Part shown: positions 37,294 to 47,262 of the stretch, piece after piece
Layout of the letters: each line of letters begins with the position of its first letter
How positions within the stretch are numbered: position 1 is the stretch's first letter
Source of the DNA: Candidatus Hydrogenedentota bacterium
Lineage (GTDB): Bacteria > Hydrogenedentota > Hydrogenedentia > Hydrogenedentales > JAEUWI01
Assembly (NCBI GenBank): GCA_034669905.1
Contig: JAXMOL010000035.1
Location: 1 to 64,000 of the forward strand
Direction: 5' to 3'
Length of the DNA: 64,000 bases
Translations under genes and position numbers: made by a program
Notes under the pieces: model-generated
What the model saw: only the letters and a program-made list of their open reading frames with translations
Database searches by the model: none
What the model was told of the DNA's origin: nothing

Positions 37294-39242
37294 TTACGAT
37301 CAATAACGAGCCCAAGCGGTATGAGGGCGTGGAAAACCGGGTCCAGATTATGGCCCTCGTCCTGGCCCTTGTTTTTGCCATTCCCTGCCTGCGGCTGTGG
37401 AAACTCCAGGTGATTGAGCAGAGCGTCTATCAGTCCGTCGCGGACGATCAACGCATCTCGGAAACCACGCTGGAGTCGGATCGCGGGGTCATCTATGGGC
37501 GGGGCGATGTCATTCTGGCCAACAACCGGGCCAGTGTGAGCATTGTGTTTACGCCCGGGGAATGCCCGGAAGTGCGGCGGGAAGAGACCTGTATCCGCCT
37601 GGCCAGCCTGCTCCGACTCGACACCAATGCGGTGATGGAGAAGGTCCGGAAGAATGCCGGGGATCCCTTTCAGCAGATCGTCATCAAGTCCGACGTGACG
37701 CGATCGGAGTTGTTCCGGGTAGAAGAAAACAGCCTGGACCTGCCCGGCGTAGCCCCGATTGTGCGGCCCCAACGCCGCTATCTCTATCGGGAAACGGGCG
37801 GTCAGTTGCTGGGCTATCTGGGCGAAATCAGCAAGAAGCAGTTGAACGACCCCTATTGGGAAGAGCGGGATTACCGGCAGGGCGACGTCATCGGCCTGGG
37901 TGGACTCGAAGCCCAGTATGAGCACCAGCTTCAGGGTGAAGATGGGTATTTGCTGGTGACCAAGTATGCGTCGGGCCGGCCCCAGCTGCGCACCGACCGG
38001 GGTGGCATGCCGGTATTGGCGAAGACTGACAGCGCCGGCAACGTGGCAACCATCGAGGGGGAAGGCCGGGAGCCCCGTGCGGGCGACCCCCTGTACCTGA
38101 CCCTCGATATTGAATTGCAGGCCAAGTGTGAGTCACTGCTGAAGGGGGAAGTGGGTGCCATTGTGGTGCTGGAGGCCGAGACCGGTGCGGTGTTGGCCAT
38201 GGCGAGTGTGCCGACCTACGATCCCAGTGTCTTTGTGTCCCACGATCCCACGGGCGAGCGCAGTCGCCTCTTGAATGCGGGCGATCCGAAGCCCATGCTG
38301 CATCGGGCCTATCGGGAGCAGTATCCCCCGGGCTCGGTGTTCAAGGTGATGCTGGCGGCGGCGGCCCTGGAAGAAGGGGTCGTTACGCCCGCGTCGACCT
38401 TCTATTGCAATGGTCGGTTTCGGGTCCCGGGTAGTAGCCGGATTGCGCATTGTTGGAAGCGTTCCGGTCATGGTCAGGTAGCGGTGAAAGAGGCCCTGGC
38501 CTATTCATGCGACGTCTATTTTTATAATGTGGGGCTCGATCTGGGGGTGGACAAAATCCAGGAATGGGCCCACCGCATGGGGATGGGCGTCAATACCGGG
38601 ATCGACTTGCCGAATGAAACCAAGGGACTGATTCCGGGTAAGGAATGGAAGGCGGCGCTCTTTAAGGATAAGCCGGTCTGGGACCAGAACTGGTATCCCG
38701 GTGATACCGTGAATGTAAGTATTGGCCAGGGAAGCGCGGCCACGACGCCCCTGCAGAATGCGGTGATGATGGCGGCCATTGTGAATGGCGGCTATCGGGT
38801 AACCCCCCACCTCAACCGGGACGCGCTGTTGCCGCCGAGCGAGCGTTTTCTCAGTGATTCGACCATTGAACGCATCTGGGGTGGCATGCGGATGTGTGTG
38901 GAGAAGGCCCCGCCCGATTATCCCAGTGGCACAGGCTGGCGCGCGGGCGTCGAGGGTATTGGTATTCTTGGTAAGACGGGTTCAGCCCAGATTATGAACC
39001 TGTCGCACCACGAGAAATACAAGACGGAAGAAGACATCCCCTACGAGTTTCGTGACCACGCCTGGTTTGTGGCCGGGGTCATTGACCATGAACCGAAAGT
39101 GGCCATCTGTATCCTGGTGGAGCACGGTCACCATGGCAGCACAGCGGCCAGTGTATTGGCCAAGCCGCTCATCGAGTATATGTACCGGGAGCGTAACGTG
39201 GAAGACGTGCAAATAGCCCACGCCAGTTCGGAGGGGGCATGA
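37290..39242 (+). CDS. mrdA: Penicillin-binding protein 2
   Basis: N-terminal TM; SVFK, SCD and KTG motifs; overlaps mreD and rodA. Confidence 0.93.
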   Translation: MITINNEPKRYEGVENRVQIMALVLALVFAIPCLRLWKLQVIEQSVYQSVADDQRISETTLESDRGVIYGRGDVILANNRASVSIVFTPGECPEVRREETCIRLASLLRLDTNAVMEKVRKNAGDPFQQIVIKSDVTRSELFRVEENSLDLPGVAPIVRPQRRYLYRETGGQLLGYLGEISKKQLNDPYWEERDYRQGDVIGLGGLEAQYEHQLQGEDGYLLVTKYASGRPQLRTDRGGMPVLAKTDSAGNVATIEGEGREPRAGDPLYLTLDIELQAKCESLLKGEVGAIVVLEAETGAVLAMASVPTYDPSVFVSHDPTGERSRLLNAGDPKPMLHRAYREQYPPGSVFKVMLAAAALEEGVVTPASTFYCNGRFRVPGSSRIAHCWKRSGHGQVAVKEALAYSCDVYFYNVGLDLGVDKIQEWAHRMGMGVNTGIDLPNETKGLIPGKEWKAALFKDKPVWDQNWYPGDTVNVSIGQGSAATTPLQNAVMMAAIVNGGYRVTPHLNRDALLPPSERFLSDSTIERIWGGMRMCVEKAPPDYPSGTGWRAGVEGIGILGKTGSAQIMNLSHHEKYKTEEDIPYEFRDHAWFVAGVIDHEPKVAICILVEHGHHGSTAASVLAKPLIEYMYRERNVEDVQIAHASSEGA

Positions 39243-40480
39243 GCCGTAGCGCCCAGGATTATCAGGCGGAAGACGCCATTGTACGGGCAATTAATTTCCG
39301 CAACCTGCGTCGGATTGACTGGTTGTTACCCATTTTTGTGCTGAGCCTGGCGGGTATTGGCTGGGTCACCATGTACAGCGCGAGTGCCCACACGGGGGGC
39401 AACCAGCACGAGAAGCAGGTGCTGTTCTTTATTGCGGGTGCCGTCATTGCCGCAGGCATTATCTGCATCGATTACCGTGCGCTGGTGGCCTTTGCCCCGG
39501 TGATGTATGGGGGCGTCATTCTGTTGCTGATGGCGGTCTTGCAGTTTGGTCCGGAGATCAAGGGTAGCCAACGGTGGCTGGATTTGGGACTCTTTCGCAT
39601 CCAGCCCTCGGAGATTACCAAACTGGTGATGGTCTATTTTCTGGCCTGGTACCTCCACACCCTCGGTCCGAAGATTCGGAAACTGCACTGGTTTGTGCTC
39701 ACCTTTGTGTTGACCGGGGTGCCCATGTTGCTTATCTTGAAGCAGCCGGATTTGGGCACGGCGGCCTGTCTGGGCCCCCTGGTGATCGTCATGCTCTTCG
39801 TGGCCGGATGTCGTTTGTGGCACGTGGGGCTGGTGGTGCTGGTGGGCTTGTCGGTGGTGCCCTTTGCCTGGTTTCAGATCCATGACTTTAACCCGAGTCC
39901 CAAGAGCTGGGAGCAGGACAAGCAGAAAGCCGAGTTCTATGAGAACAAGGAATGGTATGATCTGCACTGGCACCAGAAGATGCGAATCTATACCTTTGTG
40001 CACCCCGATTTCGCGCCCCGGGGCAGCAACTGGCAGGCCTACCAGAGTTTCGTAACGGTGGGCAGTGGTGGTCTGGCGGGCAAGGGTTTCAAGCAGGGCA
40101 CCAACACCCGGCTGAACTATCTGCCCGAACACCGGACCGACTTTATCTTCTCCCACTATGCCGAAGAGCGGGGCTTTATCGGCTGCGTGGTGGTGATAGG
40201 CCTCTTTCTGGCCTTCTTACTCCGCGGGCTCATGTATGCCCGCGATTGTCCCGAAATGATGGGAACCCTATTGGCTGCAGGTGTAGTCACGGTACTGGGG
40301 TTCCATATATTTTTCAATATTTCAATTACCATTGGCCTGATGCCGGTAACCGGCATGCCCCTCCCCTTTCTAAGCTACGGTGGTACCTTCTATCTGACCA
40401 CCATGGCCTGCGTTGGCATCTTACTGAATGTACCGATGCGCCGACGCATGTTTCTGGAAGAGGGGATGTTTGGGGGCTAG
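39239..40480 (+). CDS. rodA: SEDS glycosyltransferase RodA
   Basis: GSQRWL, IQPSE, KQPDLGT, LPEHRTDFIFS and GMPLPFLSYGG. Confidence 0.93.
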   Translation: MSRSAQDYQAEDAIVRAINFRNLRRIDWLLPIFVLSLAGIGWVTMYSASAHTGGNQHEKQVLFFIAGAVIAAGIICIDYRALVAFAPVMYGGVILLLMAVLQFGPEIKGSQRWLDLGLFRIQPSEITKLVMVYFLAWYLHTLGPKIRKLHWFVLTFVLTGVPMLLILKQPDLGTAACLGPLVIVMLFVAGCRLWHVGLVVLVGLSVVPFAWFQIHDFNPSPKSWEQDKQKAEFYENKEWYDLHWHQKMRIYTFVHPDFAPRGSNWQAYQSFVTVGSGGLAGKGFKQGTNTRLNYLPEHRTDFIFSHYAEERGFIGCVVVIGLFLAFLLRGLMYARDCPEMMGTLLAAGVVTVLGFHIFFNISITIGLMPVTGMPLPFLSYGGTFYLTTMACVGILLNVPMRRRMFLEEGMFGG

Positions 40481-40520
40481 GCGTTTTGCGCCCGGGCGGT
40501 GGAACGAGAGAAAGACTTTT

Positions 40521-42041
40521 ATGAGAGAAATTGTAATTAACGCGGGATCCCATGAGACCCGCATTGCCGAAATCGAGGGCAAGCGCCTCGTGGAGCTCCA
40601 GGTGGAGCGGCAAGACAGCCCCAGTATTGTGGGCAACATCTACAAAGGACGGGTGGACTCGGTGGTACCGGGTATCCAGGCCGCCTTTATCGACATTGGC
40701 CAGGAGAAAAATGGCTTCCTCTACGTGTCGGATATTGCCGGTGCCGAAGGTACGGGCGACATGATGCTGGAGGAAGGTAAGCCCCGGGCGAAGACCCGTG
40801 CCCGCCGTGCCCGCCAGCAACCCATCGAGACCATGCTGAAGAAAAATCAGCACATCATGGTGCAGGTGGTCAAGGATCGGTTGGGCACCAAGGGGGCGCG
40901 CATCACCAATTTTATTACCATCCCGGGTCGCTATACGGTGCTCATGCCGACCGTAAGCACCCTGGGGGTATCCCGGAAGATTGAGTCCGATGAAGAGCGC
41001 GATCGGCTGAAGAAAATTCTGCGTCAGGTGCGGCCCAAGGGGATGGGACTTATTACCCGCACCGCGGGCGAAGGCCGGACCAAGGCCGACTTTCAGTCTG
41101 ATGCCAAGTACCATTCCAAGGTGTGGGAGACGATAAAGACCAAGTATGAGCGGATGAAGGGCCCGGGCCTGATCCGGGAAGATCTCAGCCCCATTCTCCG
41201 CGCGGTACGGGATCGTTTCACGGCCGACATCGATCGTCTTACGGTGGATGACGAAGAGCAGCACGATCGCATCCTGGCCTTCCTGGAAAACCTGGCACCC
41301 CAGTTGAAGAAGAATGTGCGCCTCTATAAGCACCGTCGCCCCATTTTTGACAAGATGGGCATCGAGACCGAAATTACCAAGGCCCTGCGCCGTCAGGTGT
41401 ATCTGCCCAGCGGTGGCCACATCTGTATTGACCAGACCGAGGCCCTGATTGCCATTGACGTGAATACGGGTAAGTTTACGGGCAAGAAGCAGCTCGAAGA
41501 CACCGTTTTCCAGACCAACATGGAGTCGGCGGAAGAAATAGCGCGCCAGATGCGTTTGCGGGATATGGGTGGTATTATCGCCATCGACTTTATCGATATG
41601 TCCCAGGAGAAGAACCGACGCAAACTGCTCCGCGCGTTGCGGGAAGCCCTCCTGGCCGATCGGGCAAAGACCACCGTATCCGAAATCAATGAACTGGGCA
41701 TGGTGGAGATGACCCGGAAGCGGGTGAAACACAATCTTGTGAAAGCCCTCTCCCAGCCCTGTCCCTACTGTGAAGGCAGTGGCCAGGTCCGCTCGGTGAC
41801 GACCATGACCTTCGATACCCTGCGAAAACTGCAAAGCCTCTTTATCACGAGCAAAGAAAAGCGTATCGTGCTGCAGGTCCACCCCGATGTGGCGCGCCGC
41901 CTGCGCAATGAGAACAAGTCCATGTTGGACGAAATAGCCGAACGTTTCGAGCGGGAAATCGAGGTGGAATCGGTTTCCGATTTCCATATTCACGATGTGA
42001 AGGTCTTGCGCGCTCGCAACCGGGAAGCCATCGGAGACTAG
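40521..42041 (+). CDS. rng: Rne/Rng family ribonuclease (RNase G-like)
   Basis: Start MREIVINA; GNIYKGRV, IDVNTG, RLRDMGGIIAIDF and CPYCEG. Confidence 0.9.
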   Translation: MREIVINAGSHETRIAEIEGKRLVELQVERQDSPSIVGNIYKGRVDSVVPGIQAAFIDIGQEKNGFLYVSDIAGAEGTGDMMLEEGKPRAKTRARRARQQPIETMLKKNQHIMVQVVKDRLGTKGARITNFITIPGRYTVLMPTVSTLGVSRKIESDEERDRLKKILRQVRPKGMGLITRTAGEGRTKADFQSDAKYHSKVWETIKTKYERMKGPGLIREDLSPILRAVRDRFTADIDRLTVDDEEQHDRILAFLENLAPQLKKNVRLYKHRRPIFDKMGIETEITKALRRQVYLPSGGHICIDQTEALIAIDVNTGKFTGKKQLEDTVFQTNMESAEEIARQMRLRDMGGIIAIDFIDMSQEKNRRKLLRALREALLADRAKTTVSEINELGMVEMTRKRVKHNLVKALSQPCPYCEGSGQVRSVTTMTFDTLRKLQSLFITSKEKRIVLQVHPDVARRLRNENKSMLDEIAERFEREIEVESVSDFHIHDVKVLRARNREAIGD

Positions 42042-42206
42042 GCTGAGACGCTGTCCGCGGTGTCTCTTTCGTGGAAATTGGCGCGCGGCTGTGATAAAAC
42101 TAATACTATCCCCGGGAGGAATTGTGCACAGGGTGTGCAGTTCCCCCGGGGGTGTGCAACCCTCCAGCGATTTGCGCCGGGGAAGCCCGTTGATGAGGAA
42201 CGAACC

Positions 42207-43202
42207 TTGAGTCCAGTACCGGCGGAAACAACGACCGAGACGGCCCGTGCAGAAGGTTTTGAACCTATCCATATGGATTCTCTGCGCCTGGACACCAGCC
42301 CGCCCTTTGCCCTCTATTTTCGTGCCGGGGCAGACCAGCCCTATGTGCTCTACTGCGAGAAGAAGACCGAATTCACCAAAGAAGCCAAGCGGCGGCTGCT
42401 TCAGAACCGGGTCCAAGAGCTCTTTATTTCCACCACGGACCGGACGACCTACAGCCGCTATCTCGCGGAAAATCTGGCGGCGATCCTGCAGGATCCGAAG
42501 CTGACTGTACGCGAGAAGTCCGCCATCCTCTATGATTCGGCGCAGGCGGTGGTCGAGGGGGTGCTGAAAGAGCCGGAGAAGCGGGAGCATATCGAGCAGG
42601 GAAAGGCCATCGTGCAGCGCACCGTGGCGTTTATGCGCTCTGAGGAGTTTCTCCTGGAGCACCTGCTGCGGACGATATCCTGTGACTATTACCTGTACAC
42701 CCACAGCGTCAACGTGGTGGCCTACTCCATCGCATTGGCCATGCGGGCGGGCTACACCGATGGGGCGACACTCCGGGAGGTGGCCAATGGTGCCCTGCTC
42801 CACGATGTGGGTGAGACGGTGCTGAACCGCAAGACGGCGAACAAGGCCGGTGCCCTCACGGCGAATGAGTGGCTGGAAGTGAAGCGCCACCCCGAGGAAG
42901 GCTACAAACTGCTGGAAAAAACGGGTGCCCTGGGCGAGATTGCCCTGGATATCGTGTTGCACCACCATGAGAAGCTGGATGGTACGGGCTATCCCGAGGG
43001 GCTGGAAGGGGAGGATATCTCGGTATTTGTCCGTATCGTGACGATTGCCGATATATTTGATGCCCTGACCACCGAGCGCCACCACCAGAAAGCGCGGACG
43101 ACCTTCGAGGCCCTGAAGCTGATGGGTGATTCCATGACCGACGAGCTGGACAACGGGTTATTTCGCCACTTTGTGGGCCTGATGGGGCTCAGCCCGGCCT
43201 GA
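42207..43202 (+). CDS. HD-GYP domain protein (c-di-GMP phosphodiesterase family)
   Basis: HSVNV, LLHDVG, HHEKLDGTGYP and ADIFDAL. Start uncertain (TTG 42207 after GAGG, or ATG 42273). Confidence 0.85.
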   Translation: MSPVPAETTTETARAEGFEPIHMDSLRLDTSPPFALYFRAGADQPYVLYCEKKTEFTKEAKRRLLQNRVQELFISTTDRTTYSRYLAENLAAILQDPKLTVREKSAILYDSAQAVVEGVLKEPEKREHIEQGKAIVQRTVAFMRSEEFLLEHLLRTISCDYYLYTHSVNVVAYSIALAMRAGYTDGATLREVANGALLHDVGETVLNRKTANKAGALTANEWLEVKRHPEEGYKLLEKTGALGEIALDIVLHHHEKLDGTGYPEGLEGEDISVFVRIVTIADIFDALTTERHHQKARTTFEALKLMGDSMTDELDNGLFRHFVGLMGLSPA

Positions 43203-43251
43203 CGGGAACGGATGGCGGAACCGCTCCCTGTAGCGCGGTATTCGATCGTAT

Positions 43252-43279
43252 TTGACACGCTTTGCCGTTTTTTGATACT
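43252..43279 (+). promoter_or_regulatory. Putative sigma70 promoter of rpoBC
   Basis: TTGACA-N16-GATACT, about 125 bp upstream of the rpoB ATG. Confidence 0.55.
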
Positions 43280-43403
43280 CTGGTTTGCTGCATTCCCTTA
43301 GGGGATAGATCTGTCTTTGGCAGCGCGTCTTCCGATGGTTTCCTCCTGTCGGCTGGATGCGTATCGCCTTGCCAGTAAAAACCTTAGACAAAGGAGTCTC
43401 TGC

Positions 43404-46400
43404 ATGGCCGTAGCTCCCCGCAACGAGCGACCTTCTCTGGGCACCATTCCAGATATCTACGAGCTTCCCGATCTTATCGAGATTCAGACCAAGTCTTACG
43501 GCGAATTCCTCCAGTGGGATGTGCCGCCGGACGAGCGCCTGGGGCGCGGTCTGCAAGAAGTGTTTCTGGATGTATTCCCCATCGAGGCACCGAACAAGCT
43601 GACCCGATTGGAGTTTGTTCACTACTCCTTTGCTCCCCCCAAGTATACCGTACAAGAGTGCCAGGAGCGCGGCATGACCTATTCCGCGTCTCTCAAGGCG
43701 CTGTTGCGCCTTGTGCGGAATGAAGAGGTCGGTTCCGGTGCCAACAAGGAACTCCGGGAAAAAATGATGCTGGAGCAGGAGGTTTTCCTCGGCGAGCTTC
43801 CCATCATGACCGCCACGGGTACCTTTATCATCAATGGTGCCGAGCGTGTCATTGTGAGCCAGCTTCACAAGTCCCCGGGTGTATCCTTTGAGCGCAAGGT
43901 CCACCAGAATGGTAAGCCCCTCCTCTCGGCCCGGGTTATTCCCTACCGGGGTGCCTGGCTCGAATTTGAGTATGACATCAGCGACTATCTCTGGTTGACC
44001 ATTGACCGTCGTTCCAAGCTGCCGGCCACGACCTTCCTCAAGGCCTTCGGCTACATTGAGCCCGAAGAGATCCTGCAGCTCTTTTATCGTACCGAAGAGA
44101 TGACCTTCGGTCGGACCAAGGTCAAGATCGGCGACGCGTCGATGGATCCCGAAGAGGCCGTGGGCCATTGGGTAGGGTCCGACGTGATCGATCCGGAAAC
44201 GGGCGAAGTCCTGGCGGATGCGGCTTCCGAGCTGACGCTGACCACGCTGGAGCGGGTCATGGCGTCGCAGGTCCAGGAGATCCAAATCCTGAACCGTGAA
44301 GACGTGGCCAAAGACGCGACCATCGTGATGACCCTGTCGCAAGACAAGACGCAAACGCAGGAAGACGCCCTGCGCGAAATCTATGCCCGCATTCGTCCCG
44401 GTGATCCGGCGACGGACGCGACGTGTCGCACCTTCTTCCAGCGCTTGTTCTTTGACCCCAGCCGCTACGACTTTGCGCCGGTGGGTCGTTACAAGATCAA
44501 CCGGAAACTGGGTCTCCAGATTGAGCAGGAAATTAAGACGCTCACCAAGGAAGACGTGGTTGCGACCCTGCAGTATCTGGTGAAGCTTCGCTCCGGTGAA
44601 GGCGTGCTGGATGACATCGATCACCTGGGTAACCGCCGGGTGCGTGCCGTGGGTGAGCTCCTCTCCAACCAGGTCCGCATTGGCCTGGTGCGCATGGAGC
44701 GTACGGTGCGCGAGCGCATGAACTTCCAGGAGGAAGATCAGCTTTCGCCCCAGACCCTGGTAAACCCGAAGCCCGTAAGCGCGGTGATCAAAGACTTCTT
44801 TGGTCGGAGCCAGCTTTCGCACTTCATGGACCAAATTAACCCCCTCGCGGAATTGACCCACAAACGTCGTCTGAGTGCCCTCGGACCGGGTGGTTTGAGC
44901 CGTGAGCGTGCCGGTTTCGAAGTGCGTGACGTGCACCCCACCCACTACGGCCGTATTTGCCCGATTGAGACTCCGGAAGGGCCAAACATTGGTCTGATGG
45001 CGTCGCTGTCGACCTACTCGCGGATCAACCAGTATGGTTTCCTCGAAACGCCCTACCGCAAGGTGGAAAACGGCAAGGTGCTTGATGAGGTCGAGATGCT
45101 CTCGGCCTATGACGAAGACAACTACGTTATTGCCCAGGCGAACGCGCCCCTTGATAAGCGCAATCGCTTTGAGCGCCGCACCGTGCTGTGCCGTCACCGT
45201 GGTGACTTCCCGCAGGCCTCGCCCGATGGCGTGGATTACATGGATATCTCCACCAAGCAGTTGGTGAGTGTGGCCGCCGCGTTGATTCCGTTCCTGGAAC
45301 ACGATGACGCCAACCGCGCGCTGATGGGCTCCAACATGCAGCGCCAGGCGGTGCCCCTGTTGAAGACTGACTCGCCCTATGTGGGTACGGGTCTGGAACA
45401 CGTAACGGCCCGGAACTCCGGCACCGTGGTACGCGCAGAGCGTGCCGGTGTGGTGGAGTACGCCGATGGTGAAGTGATTCGTATTCGCACGAAGAAGAAC
45501 AAGAAGGATAACCCCTTCCGTTCCGACGAAGACGTATACGAGTTGAAAAAGTATGTACGTTCCAACCAGAACACCTGCATTACCCAGCGCCCGATTGTTT
45601 CCAAGGGCGACAAGGTGGAAGCGGGTCAGCTGATCGGCGACGGTCCGGCGACGGACAACGGCGAATTGGCCCTGGGTCGTAACGTGCTGGTGGCCTTCCT
45701 GCCTTGGGAAGGGTACAACTTCGAGGATGCCATCATCCTGAGTGAAGAGCTGGTGAAAGAAGATGTCTTCACCTCCATTCACATTCAGGTGTATGAACTG
45801 GAAGCCCGGGACACCAAGCTGGGACCGGAAGAAATCACGCGCGACATTCCGAATGTGAGTGAAGACGCGCTGAAGAATCTGGACGAAAGCGGTATTGCCT
45901 GCATCGGCTCCAAAGTGGGCCCCGGCGATATCCTGGTGGGTAAGGTGACGCCCAAGGGCGAGACCGAGCTGGCACCGGAAGAAAAATTGTTGCGCGCCAT
46001 CTTTGGTGAAAAGGCCGAAGACGTACGCGACGCTTCGCTGACCATGCCCCCCGGCTCCAATGGCGTCGTGGTGGATGTGAAGGTCTGCAGCCGGAAGGAC
46101 AAGGCCACCGATGCCCAGTCCAAGAAGGCCCTGCTGGCGGAAGTGAACAAGGTCAAGCGTCAATACGACGACCGCATTGCGGAAATTCGTGCCACCTTCG
46201 TGGACATGGTACGTGATGACCTGGTTGGCCTGAAGATTCTGGAAGACGTTTACGACCACAAGACGGAAGAGCTGGTGCTTGAAAAGGCCAAGCGTATCCG
46301 TATGGCCCACCTGGACAAGGGCGACTACAGCGTGCTGGCCCGTCTTCGGATTGAAGACAAGAAGACCCAGCAGCAGCTGACCCGCCTGGTCAACATGGCG

Positions 46401-47258
46401 GCCATGGAAGAAGCGAAGCTGATTGCTTTCCGCGACAGCCAGATCGAGCGCATGCGCAAGGGCGACGAACTGCCCCCGGGTGTGATTAAGCTCGTCAAGG
46501 TCTTCGTGGCCAAGAAGCGCCGCATGTCGGTCGGTGACAAGATGGCCGGTCGCCACGGTAACAAGGGTGTGGTGTCGCGGGTTGTGCCCGTCGAAGATAT
46601 GCCGTTCCTTCCCGATGGCACGCCGGTGCAGATTCTCTTGAATCCGCTGGGTGTACCGTCCCGAATGAACGTGGGACAGCTGCTGGAGACCCACCTGGGT
46701 TGGGCAGCCAAGGCCCTCGGCATGAAGATCGCCACGCCGGTGTTCAACGGCGCGACGGAAGAAAACATTGTCGAGTTCCTGAACAAGGCGGGCCTGCCGG
46801 CTTCCGGTAAGATTCGCCTGCGGGATGGCCGCTCCGGTGCGGAGATGGATCAGGAAACCTGTGTGGGTCAGATTTACATGCTGAAGCTGAACCACCTGGT
46901 GGACGACAAGATTCACGCCCGGGCGATTGGACCGTACTCGCTGGTGACGCAGCAGCCGCTGGGTGGTAAAGCCCAGTTTGGTGGCCAGCGTTTTGGTGAG
47001 ATGGAAGTGTGGGCCCTTCAGGCCTACGGTGCCGCGTACACCTTGCAGGAGCTACTGACCTTCAAGGCGGACGATATACAGGGCCGCACGAAGGCTTATG
47101 AAGCAATCGTAAAAGGCGAACGTGAAGTGGAGCCGGGTACCCCGGAATCCTTCAACGTGCTTGTGCGCGAAATACAGAGTTTGTGTCTGGATGTGATCAA
47201 GCTGGTTAAGGTTGATGGCACCACGGAAATCGAAGACGAAGAACCTCTGGAGGACTAA
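43404..47258 (+). CDS. rpoB: RNA polymerase beta subunit
   Basis: [41 protein letters not shown] and GGQRFGEME. Confidence 0.99.
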   Translation: MAVAPRNERPSLGTIPDIYELPDLIEIQTKSYGEFLQWDVPPDERLGRGLQEVFLDVFPIEAPNKLTRLEFVHYSFAPPKYTVQECQERGMTYSASLKALLRLVRNEEVGSGANKELREKMMLEQEVFLGELPIMTATGTFIINGAERVIVSQLHKSPGVSFERKVHQNGKPLLSARVIPYRGAWLEFEYDISDYLWLTIDRRSKLPATTFLKAFGYIEPEEILQLFYRTEEMTFGRTKVKIGDASMDPEEAVGHWVGSDVIDPETGEVLADAASELTLTTLERVMASQVQEIQILNREDVAKDATIVMTLSQDKTQTQEDALREIYARIRPGDPATDATCRTFFQRLFFDPSRYDFAPVGRYKINRKLGLQIEQEIKTLTKEDVVATLQYLVKLRSGEGVLDDIDHLGNRRVRAVGELLSNQVRIGLVRMERTVRERMNFQEEDQLSPQTLVNPKPVSAVIKDFFGRSQLSHFMDQINPLAELTHKRRLSALGPGGLSRERAGFEVRDVHPTHYGRICPIETPEGPNIGLMASLSTYSRINQYGFLETPYRKVENGKVLDEVEMLSAYDEDNYVIAQANAPLDKRNRFERRTVLCRHRGDFPQASPDGVDYMDISTKQLVSVAAALIPFLEHDDANRALMGSNMQRQAVPLLKTDSPYVGTGLEHVTARNSGTVVRAERAGVVEYADGEVIRIRTKKNKKDNPFRSDEDVYELKKYVRSNQNTCITQRPIVSKGDKVEAGQLIGDGPATDNGELALGRNVLVAFLPWEGYNFEDAIILSEELVKEDVFTSIHIQVYELEARDTKLGPEEITRDIPNVSEDALKNLDESGIACIGSKVGPGDILVGKVTPKGETELAPEEKLLRAIFGEKAEDVRDASLTMPPGSNGVVVDVKVCSRKDKATDAQSKKALLAEVNKVKRQYDDRIAEIRATFVDMVRDDLVGLKILEDVYDHKTEELVLEKAKRIRMAHLDKGDYSVLARLRIEDKKTQQQLTRLVNMAAMEEAKLIAFRDSQIERMRKGDELPPGVIKLVKVFVAKKRRMSVGDKMAGRHGNKGVVSRVVPVEDMPFLPDGTPVQILLNPLGVPSRMNVGQLLETHLGWAAKALGMKIATPVFNGATEENIVEFLNKAGLPASGKIRLRDGRSGAEMDQETCVGQIYMLKLNHLVDDKIHARAIGPYSLVTQQPLGGKAQFGGQRFGEMEVWALQAYGAAYTLQELLTFKADDIQGRTKAYEAIVKGEREVEPGTPESFNVLVREIQSLCLDVIKLVKVDGTTEIEDEEPLED

Positions 47259-47262
47259 GACG

